This document shows positions 57,117 through 64,000 of a stretch of 64,000 nt of DNA, piece after piece (within the stretch, counting starts at the first letter, position 1; the number at the start of each line of letters is the position of its first letter). The stretch comes from Syntrophales bacterium (GTDB lineage: Bacteria > Desulfobacterota > Syntrophia > Syntrophales > UBA2210): the NCBI GenBank assembly GCA_963666365.2, contig CAXXNF010000001.1, positions 1,221,255-1,285,254 on the forward strand, in the 5' to 3' direction. The translations under genes were made by a program, and so were the position numbers. The notes under the pieces were generated by a model, which worked only from the letters and a program-made list of their open reading frames with translations, searched no databases and was not told where the DNA came from.

Positions 57117-57320
57117 CTCTTGACATTTTTTCCTCCGCCGCCATTCTTTCACGTACGCATACCGATTCTTGAAGTAGCCTTCGTTCTGTGCCACCCATCG
57201 CTTCTGGGCCTCCTGCTTCCGCTTCCGTCGACAGTCCGAACGGCTGCATGCCTTCTGCCGCTCGCCCACTCGTCGATCAGGCGTAAAATACCGCCCGCAA
57301 TACACACATCGCTTTCTCAA
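56976..57320 (-). CDS. zinc-ribbon basic protein (mobile-element associated?)
   Basis: TTG start lies 6 nt after AAGGGAGG. CVYCG...C..SDC ribbon. Highly basic. Confidence 0.5.
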   Translation of the reverse strand: MRKRCVYCGRYFTPDRRVGERQKACSRSDCRRKRKQEAQKRWVAQNEGYFKNRYAYVKEWRRRKKCQEMIQDERPRAKPVRQYALLIPEEKTGVIQDEIILRKLDGITFVTHGW

Positions 57321-57670
57321 CGGCCGCCTCCCTTTGCGTTGCTCCCCCCGGGGCAGCCTTCGTTCTACCTGCTGAATATTATTTTTATAAATATGGATTT
57401 TAAAAAGATTGTACCTGAATGCGAATGCTTTGGTTGGGTAACGGGTGTCTCTATGCTCTCTAAATCCTCATCGTAATCCCCCGCATATCTTCTCTCCCCC
57501 GAACCCCTGGAACCGCTCCTGCCGTTTTTGGCCTACTTTTCTCTACCGCTAACACACACGAAGGGATTGCGACTTTATGCCAGTCGCTAAAGCCTTCCCA
57601 TGTTCTAGGGTATAGTTCTATCGGAAACGACCTGACATACGAAGGGATCTTATTATTGAAAGTACCTGAT

Positions 57671-57804
57671 GTCATTGCAAGTGACCGAAGGAAGCGCGGC
57701 AATCTCATCCGTGCACTGCACTCATGTTATGAGATTGCTTCGCCGCTTCGCGTCTCGCAAAGACAAGAGGGGAGGGTCTTTCGTCGCTGCGCTTCTCCAA
57801 TGAC
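57671..57804. repeat. cluster of imperfect palindromic GTCATTGC...GCAATCTC-type arms
   Basis: Arm 57671..57708 pairs imperfectly with 57729..57764. A third related arm is at 57776..57804 (its reverse complement begins GTCATTGGAGAAGCGC). All lie in an approx. 870-bp stretch with no convincing ORF. Confidence 0.55.
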
Positions 57805-58191
57805 CCATATGTGTTATGCCCATAAAGATTCTCAGGATAGAGGACCGATGTGCGCTTTGTGAGTAAGCCCTTCATTTTCTCCTGAAGAGACGCCATTGAG
57901 GCAGAGAAAAATATTTTTTTCTCTTTTCCTCAGCGCCTCTGCGTAAAGAAATATGATGGTATGATGTGTGCTGTAAATTTATAAGGAGCATGATGACCGC
58001 CGTCTACAGGCGCGTATCATGCTGTTATAAAAGAGATTAATAGAACGCTGAACGGCGAGGATGGAAAGAAATGTCGAATATTTTCTGTCTACTGTTCCGA
58101 TATCTTCATTATTTCAATGATGTACCGCGTATTCGCAATTTGAGACAGTCGACAAATTCGTCGAATAGAGGACGGAATTCAGGCTCGTGAG

Positions 58192-58596
58192 ATGCACAGT
58201 CAGCACATACTGATCGTTGAGGATTGGGAATCACAGCTTTTTTTACTCAAGGGATTTCTTATTCGAGAGGGATTCCTGGTTGGCGAGGCGGAAAACGGTC
58301 TACAGGCCATCCAATGCGTGAGTAAAACGCATTTTGATACCATACTTCTCGATTACAAGATGCCGGGCATGGACGGCCTGGCAGTGCTGAGAGCGATCAG
58401 AAAAATCGACCCCTCACTCGACGTTGTGATTATTTCCGCATATGGAACGATCGAGCGCGCCGTTGAGGCGATGGAAACAGGCGCCTATTCCTACATGACA
58501 AAGCCCGTTGATCTGGACACACTGCTCACGCTTCTGGACCAGCTGTCGAAACGTCGCGTGCGGCGTACACAGGCGCGTAACCCGAAGGCGCCGTAA
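58192..58596 (+). CDS. stand-alone response-regulator receiver domain
   Basis: ILIVEDWES...ILLDYKMPGMDG...VIISAYG...KP. No output domain. Confidence 0.8.
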   Translation: MHSQHILIVEDWESQLFLLKGFLIREGFLVGEAENGLQAIQCVSKTHFDTILLDYKMPGMDGLAVLRAIRKIDPSLDVVIISAYGTIERAVEAMETGAYSYMTKPVDLDTLLTLLDQLSKRRVRRTQARNPKAP

Positions 58597-58767
58597 AATT
58601 TCGCGGAGATTGACGGTTCAATATCTGAAGGGTTTTGTGGTAACTACTCTGTTTTTCAACTCCTTGACATTGAGGCATTTATTGTCGTAAGTTCGAATCT
58701 CAAGGGCACTGCTTGTATCACATCAACGGCCCTGTGGTCTGATCGGGGGAAGAACAAGGGAGAAAAC

Positions 58768-59181
58768 ATGAAGACAATCATCGGGATTGCAGGTAGAGTG
58801 TGTATCGTCCTTATCGTGGGATTCATAGCGGCCTATCCCGCAATTCTCAATGGAGGAGGCTCCATTCACCACACTGTCTCGGTTTTGAATGCCACTGACA
58901 ACACCATTCTGGTGGTGGTGGAGCGGGGGGCCTTGCCGTCGCCCGTCAGCGGAGACCTCGGGCCGCATGGGGAAATTGTGCTCGATTGCGGCAGCCTGTG
59001 CCCCACGAAATTATACGGCGTAATAGCAAGTACCGGAGAGACGGTTGAGCCTGTGTGCGTCAACTTCGGGAACTCGCCTGGCCCGGCGGGAGTGTGCGGC
59101 GCCGCCTGCTGGTCATCAAAATGGATGGTCGTGACGCAGCAGAGTGGTAGTTATCACTACGGCTTTCGGCCCCGTTCGTGA
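58768..59181 (+). CDS. hypothetical membrane-anchored Cys-containing protein
   Basis: AAGGGAG RBS. N-terminal TM helix (IIGIAGRVCIVLIVGFIAAY). Six Cys in the soluble part. No family recognised. Confidence 0.5.
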   Translation: MKTIIGIAGRVCIVLIVGFIAAYPAILNGGGSIHHTVSVLNATDNTILVVVERGALPSPVSGDLGPHGEIVLDCGSLCPTKLYGVIASTGETVEPVCVNFGNSPGPAGVCGAACWSSKWMVVTQQSGSYHYGFRPRS

Positions 59182-59436
59182 CGGGAAACTGCCTTTGGCC
59201 GAGACAGGCGTCAGGAATTGCAAAGGGAATAAATGCTATGTTCGGACTTTTGAACAAGAAAAAAATCGAACGGCCCGATCCGTGCCGGGACGACCGGTGG
59301 GAGGACCTGCTTGACGAACCTCTCGGCGGCGGATGAAGCGCCTCTTTTGACGGGAGGTCGGTCGATTTCTCATTTCAGTTCTTCCGGAACATCAAGCTTC
59401 TTATTCAAAAATTGAGGAAGAGGGGGCGCTGAATCC

Positions 59437-60525
59437 TCATCTTTTTTTCAGTACCACCTCAAGTCTGTTCGTTCCGTTTACTCGTCGGAATGCGATAGCC
59501 TGCGCTTTTCTTTCGATAAGCATCCGACCGATATCGTCATCCCCGGCGCTCTCCAGGATCTGTCTTTCTTCACCGGCGAACTCGAAGCTGATTTCTACGG
59601 TGTCCTGTTTTTCGGAGTAGGCGACCTGCAGATGCGCGTCGATGGTGTCCACCTGCGATTGATAGAGCACCAGCAGTTCTTCGACAATTAAGACAATGTC
59701 ATGAGCCGTTTTTTTCGACAGCGCATGCTTCTCGCAGAATTGCTCGATTTCGGCATTCATTGTGTAGAGATCGTAGTGAAGACCGAAAATGTGATAGTTG
59801 AAACTGCGCACTCGATGGATAAATGCCCTGGTTTTTTCCCTTTTCGGATGTTCAAAAATCTGCTCCGGTGGACCGTCTTCGTAAATGAATCCCTCATCCA
59901 TGTACAACACCCTGGTGGCGACGTCGCGGGCAAAGGCCATTTCATGGGTGACGATCACCATGGTCATTCCCTCCCGGGCGAGACGCCGAATGACGGCAAG
60001 CACTTCGCTTGTCATTGTCGGGTCAAGGGCGGAGGTCGGCTCATCAACGAGCATAATTTCGGGGTCCATTGAAAGGCATCGGGCAATGGCCACTCGTTGT
60101 TTCTGGCCGCCCGACAATTCGTCGGCATAATTCTCCGCCTTTTCTGCAAGTCCCACCATTGCAAGCAGCTCCATCGCGTGCGCTTCTGCTTCGCGGCGCC
60201 CTTTCCCCAGCAGTTTTACCTGTCCGATAGTCAAATTTTCCATAACGGTAAGGTGGTTGAAAAGATTGAATGATTGGAAGACCATCCCCATTTTCCGGCG
60301 CATCTTCGGCACGTCAGTATTTTTATCGAGCATATCAATGTCGTCGATCCATATTTTTCCCTCCGTGGGCATCTCAAGCAGATTAAGACAGCGTAAAAAG
60401 GTGCTTTTTCCCGTGCCGGAGGGACCGATGACGGCAATGATTTCTCCTTTGCGTATTTCGACGGTCACGTCCTGCAATACCGTAAGGGCGCCGAATCTTT
60501 TTTTCAGATGTTCCACCCGTATCAT
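59437..60525 (-). CDS. polar amino-acid ABC transporter ATP-binding protein with approx. 120-aa C-terminal extension
   Basis: [33 protein letters not shown], then about 120 extra residues. The ATG lies 1 nt after the permease stop. Confidence 0.9.
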   Translation of the reverse strand: MIRVEHLKKRFGALTVLQDVTVEIRKGEIIAVIGPSGTGKSTFLRCLNLLEMPTEGKIWIDDIDMLDKNTDVPKMRRKMGMVFQSFNLFNHLTVMENLTIGQVKLLGKGRREAEAHAMELLAMVGLAEKAENYADELSGGQKQRVAIARCLSMDPEIMLVDEPTSALDPTMTSEVLAVIRRLAREGMTMVIVTHEMAFARDVATRVLYMDEGFIYEDGPPEQIFEHPKREKTRAFIHRVRSFNYHIFGLHYDLYTMNAEIEQFCEKHALSKKTAHDIVLIVEELLVLYQSQVDTIDAHLQVAYSEKQDTVEISFEFAGEERQILESAGDDDIGRMLIERKAQAIAFRRVNGTNRLEVVLKKR

Positions 60526-60526
60526 G

Positions 60527-61321
60527 TCACTGCACCCGACCGGTTTCAAGTTTCGGATTTGTTTTCCGCTCGATGTACTCCAGCAGCAGCATGAGCAGCC
60601 ATGCGATGAGAAAGTACAGCACCGCGACCATCACGAGGGGGAAGAAGGCATCGAAGGTGCGGCTTCGTATGATGTCGCTTGCCTTGGTAAGATCCTGGAC
60701 GGCGACATAGCCGACCACGGAGGTCATTTTCACCAGTGAGATCATCTCCCCCTTATAGACGGGCACTATGCGCCGCACCGCCTGGGGAAGCACGATATAC
60801 ACAAACGTTTCTATCCTGGAAAACCCCATGGCGATGCCCGCTTCCGTCTGCCCCTTGTCGACACTCTCGATGCCGGCCCGGAACATTTCGGATACATAGG
60901 CCGCAAAATTCAGACCGAAGGCAATGACGGCGACAAACAAGGGATCGATGTCTATTGATGCAAAGACGACATAAAATATGATCATCAGCAACACGAGCAC
61001 GGGGGTGCCGCGCAATATCGAAATATATATCCGTGCGGGGACGTGCATAATTTTTTTTCGTGACATCCGCAAAAAACAGATTCCCCCACCCAGCACAGTA
61101 CCCAGGAGGATGGCAAGCACCGAGAGTAGTACCGTGGTCCTTAACCCGTCGATTATAAGCAAATAGCGATTTTCCTTGATAATATTGTTGTGAAAACTTT
61201 CGACGACGGCGCGGAGGACCGAGGCGGTCCCGGCGTCGGCCGATGGCGCGGCATCGCCGCACCCCGCGGCACAGAAGAGTGCGACGAGCACCAACAGTAT
61301 GACGATACCGAAATGTTTCAT
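60527..61321 (-). CDS. amino-acid ABC transporter permease (HisM/GlnP type)
   Basis: EAA-type loop ([12 protein letters not shown]...IVLPQA) and multiple TM segments. Confidence 0.9.
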   Translation of the reverse strand: MKHFGIVILLVLVALFCAAGCGDAAPSADAGTASVLRAVVESFHNNIIKENRYLLIIDGLRTTVLLSVLAILLGTVLGGGICFLRMSRKKIMHVPARIYISILRGTPVLVLLMIIFYVVFASIDIDPLFVAVIAFGLNFAAYVSEMFRAGIESVDKGQTEAGIAMGFSRIETFVYIVLPQAVRRIVPVYKGEMISLVKMTSVVGYVAVQDLTKASDIIRSRTFDAFFPLVMVAVLYFLIAWLLMLLLEYIERKTNPKLETGRVQ

Positions 61322-61331
61322 TGCTTCCGGG

Positions 61332-62114
61332 TTATTCTTTCACAAGGGCCGCGATGCCGCCGGTATAATAGGGCTTGGAGAACAGTACCTTTTTGGCGCG
61401 CTCTTCGCTGATGGTGATGCAGGCGCCGATCATATCCACTTTACGCGCGATCAGCGCCGGAATCATGGCGCCGAAATCCATGTTGACCACTTTCAATTTT
61501 TTGTTGAGCTTCCTGGCAACAAGGGCGGCGATTTCAATGTCGAGACCGACGATTTTCTGCGATCCGTCAACAAAAGAGAAGGGTTCCGTAATCGCCGACG
61601 TGCCGAATCGCAACAGGCCCTCCGTCCCGGGTTCTATGTGTGGCATCGGTCGAGGGGCGCCTTCATCGGGCAGCCAGCGCTTCAGCATGAGATCGTAGGC
61701 GCCGCTGGCCTTCATATCGTCCACCACCCTGTCGATTACTCGCTTTAATTCTTTATCTTCCCTGCGCACGGCAAAACCGTAATTGTCGACGGTAATCATT
61801 TGTGGAAGCACGACCAGGCCGGGATTTTTGGCGGCAATATTCTTGAGGAGCGGTTCATCGTAGGCGGCGGCGTCCGCCTTTCCCCCCTTCACCGCCATAC
61901 AGGCGTCAAGAACGCTGTTGAAATACTTGAAGGTGGCGTCCGGAAAGGTAGACAACACCAGCTGATCGGCAATGGTGCCTGTCGGTACGGCAAATTCCTT
62001 GCCTTTCAGTTGTTCAAATTTCGTGATTTTTTCCCTTTCGCCGCAGCCGCCGATCGATAAGAAAATAAGTGCCAGTACTCCGACACATACTAATGTCGCC
62101 TTGCTGTAGGTCAT
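61332..62114 (-). CDS. amino-acid ABC transporter substrate-binding protein (SBP_bac_3), lipoprotein
   Basis: Lipobox SIGGC, then ...GFDIEI-like VGLDIEIAALVARKL and the family length. Confidence 0.9.
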   Translation of the reverse strand: MTYSKATLVCVGVLALIFLSIGGCGEREKITKFEQLKGKEFAVPTGTIADQLVLSTFPDATFKYFNSVLDACMAVKGGKADAAAYDEPLLKNIAAKNPGLVVLPQMITVDNYGFAVRREDKELKRVIDRVVDDMKASGAYDLMLKRWLPDEGAPRPMPHIEPGTEGLLRFGTSAITEPFSFVDGSQKIVGLDIEIAALVARKLNKKLKVVNMDFGAMIPALIARKVDMIGACITISEERAKKVLFSKPYYTGGIAALVKE

Positions 62115-62418
62115 TGTTGCTCTCCACTGGTGTAAACTATATTGGCACGAACCGGCGTCATCAAGGAACTATCACATGCGTGAGCACCAATTCGGCAGGA
62201 GTGTCATGGGAGAGTCGAAACAATCAATGCAACGATATTATTTACCTATTTGCTCTCCCCATGGGAGACTCTATACACTCCCGGGAGATGAGGCGCAATA
62301 TATTTTTCCATTTTCCTTTGCCCTTTAAACATGAATGACGGTATCGATGATTTGACAACGGGCGCCCCCTTCTGCTATTTTTTGTACAGAAGCCGGTGGG
62401 GGTAACGGGGAATACATA

Positions 62419-64000
62419 ATGTGCAAGCCGCGATATACACGCCGCCTCGACAGAGAGCGGAGAGATCCCCGCAGGTTGGGATCTGTGCTCATCGTCACCG
62501 TGACGGTGCTTGCTTTTTTTACGCTCACCTCGTGCAATAATTCCGACTGCGTCCAGTGGGGACCCTGCGGGGACTATTTATTTCTCGAAAAATCGGCCGA
62601 ATGCCGGACCTACGCGGTACCCCTCGATTACAACACACCGGGTGAAGCCTCCATCTACATCAATACCTTCAGATACCCGGGAACCAGTGAACCGATCAAG
62701 GGACAGATCTGGTTTCTCGAGGGAGGACCGGGGGGATCGGGGCGCCTGCTGTCGCGGGCGATGGTGCGAGTAGCCGAGTACTATCCTGATTTTGATCTCT
62801 ATTCGATGGATCACCGGGGCGTCGGATTCTCGACGCGTTTCGGCTGCGCCTGCGACAACGATATCGGCAATGACTGGGAACTGTATAGAGAGTGTTACAA
62901 AAACCTTGACAACGACTGGGGAGCACAGATCAGGTTGTTTTCCACCACCAATGCGGCCAGGGATTTGCATGAAGTGATTGCCCGTTCCCGAGAGAAGGGA
63001 AAAAAGGTCTTTATCTGGGCCACCTCCTACGGCACCTACTGGCTCCTGCGATATCTTCAACTCTATCCCCACGAAGTGGACGGGGTGATTCTCGACTCCA
63101 TCTGTACCCCCGGAGACTGCTATCTCGATCGTTACGATCAGTGGAATGACATGGTTGGCGCACAATTCCTTCAATTATGCGAAGCCGATCCTCTATGCAA
63201 CGCAAAGATGCAGACCATCGCCGAGACGCCGCAGAAGGCACTGCAGGAGGTGTTCCGCGAGATCGATGAAGGCTCGTTGCCCTGCGAATGCACTGGCCTG
63301 TTCACCAGGGAAGAACTCCGTCACACCCTGGCGCCGCTGCTGAACAACTGGTCCACCAGGATTCTGATACCGCCGCTGATCTACCGGCTTCACCGATGCA
63401 ACGCAGAAGATCGAAAGGTCCTGGACTTTTTCCTGCAGGGCCTGCACGTCGAGGGACCGGACAAAACCTACTTGAATTCGCCCATGCTCTGCGATCTGAT
63501 CTCTCTGTCCGAACTATTCAGCGGCAGCACCTCCGAAGAACTGAACGCCTTTCTGCAAAGTGCCTGTTTCGCCGAAGATGTCTCGCTGCGATTTGCCGAA
63601 CTGTACGAAAGGGGGCTTTGGGACCTTTACCAGGACGACGAGTACGCGCAGAAACTACCCGAAACCGACATTCCCATGCTCATGCTCAACGGCACTACCG
63701 ATCCCCAGACCCCTCTCGAAATCGCCGGGAAAATGAAGCTCCATTTCACCGGCGACTATCAGCATTTCGTCACCATCCCCTATGCAACCCACGGCGTGCT
63801 GGTCAATTCACCCATCACCCCGCCCAACTGGGCCTTCGGCGGCACCGATCAGACCTGCGGCTCGTTGCTGCTCGGCCAGTTCATCAACAATCCGAAGGGT
63901 CCTCTTGACACATCCTGCACCGGCATGGTGTATCCGGTGGACTTTGATCCCGCCACTGCGAACAACAGGTTGATAAGCAAAGATACCTTCGGCGCCGACG
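62419..64000 (+). CDS. alpha/beta hydrolase lipoprotein (S33 TAP/prolyl-aminopeptidase-like), 3' end outside window
   Basis: Not in ORF track because it has no stop in the window. Frame 1 is open from ATG 62419 to the window edge. MCKPRYTRRL...FFTLTSC lipobox, FLEGGPGGSG oxyanion motif, ATSYGT nucleophile elbow, late NGTTDPQTP and THG. The listed ORFs here lie in other frames or on the minus strand. Confidence 0.75.
   Translation, partial: MCKPRYTRRLDRERRDPRRLGSVLIVTVTVLAFFTLTSCNNSDCVQWGPCGDYLFLEKSAECRTYAVPLDYNTPGEASIYINTFRYPGTSEPIKGQIWFLEGGPGGSGRLLSRAMVRVAEYYPDFDLYSMDHRGVGFSTRFGCACDNDIGNDWELYRECYKNLDNDWGAQIRLFSTTNAARDLHEVIARSREKGKKVFIWATSYGTYWLLRYLQLYPHEVDGVILDSICTPGDCYLDRYDQWNDMVGAQFLQLCEADPLCNAKMQTIAETPQKALQEVFREIDEGSLPCECTGLFTREELRHTLAPLLNNWSTRILIPPLIYRLHRCNAEDRKVLDFFLQGLHVEGPDKTYLNSPMLCDLISLSELFSGSTSEELNAFLQSACFAEDVSLRFAELYERGLWDLYQDDEYAQKLPETDIPMLMLNGTTDPQTPLEIAGKMKLHFTGDYQHFVTIPYATHGVLVNSPITPPNWAFGGTDQTCGSLLLGQFINNPKGPLDTSCTGMVYPVDFDPATANNRLISKDTFGAD

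Noticed and set aside
57995-58580. An 11-nt exact match ACAGGCGCGTA on both sides of the orphan receiver gene (about 58002 and about 58568), considered as target-site or flanking repeats
   Set aside because: It is a single short match, near what chance allows for local comparisons. The second copy lies inside the coding sequence. There is no further supporting structure.
59238-59336. 32-aa sORF MFGLLNKKKIERPDPCRDDRWEDLLDEPLGGG downstream of the 137-aa membrane protein
   Set aside because: It has only a weak AAGGGA RBS and no hydrophobic or other recognisable character. Conservation cannot be assessed from this window.

Overview
All family assignments below come from reading motifs in the translations by eye; no database search was run. 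The window looks like a chromosomal segment from an anaerobic Desulfobacterota ('Deltaproteobacteria') or syntroph-type organism. Most genes are GC-rich (spot counts of 60-63 % G+C in 60-nt samples). I support about 58 CDS, including two edge-truncated genes missing from the ORF track (1..552 minus, 62419..64000 plus), one tRNA-Val(CAC), several hairpins and terminators, and two repeat loci.

Gene content is dominated by acyl-CoA metabolism:
- a phosphate butyryltransferase-like gene
- an ADP-forming acyl-CoA synthetase fused to a GNAT domain
- three crotonase paralogues
- a CoA-transferase
- two ANL-family CoA ligases

Housekeeping genes are also present: mobA, htpX, fba, ychF, typA, pcm, bcp and an M16 peptidase.

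Items worth a second look:
1. A MrfA/MrfB-type helicase-exonuclease operon, extended by a Cys-less HMA-fold exported protein and an RNase-H-fold nuclease, and followed by a 97-bp tandem repeat.
2. A duplicated three-gene cassette (LivK-type binding protein, PAS-LuxR regulator, acyl-CoA ligase). The second copy lies on a 4.5-kb low-GC island.
3. A strong-RBS small membrane ORF whose in-frame TGA is followed, at the canonical 11-nt spacing, by a SECIS-like hairpin. This is a candidate selenopeptide.
4. A truncated CysRS-like ligase with two of the four canonical zinc ligands replaced, similar in size to MshC.
5. An IS21-remnant and palindromic-repeat scar region at 56.6-58.2 kb.
6. Several unusual domain fusions: a permuted ACD-GNAT, a PDO-thioredoxin fusion, and an ABC ATPase with a 120-aa C-terminal tail.

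No CRISPR array, rRNA, intact transposase or prophage was seen.
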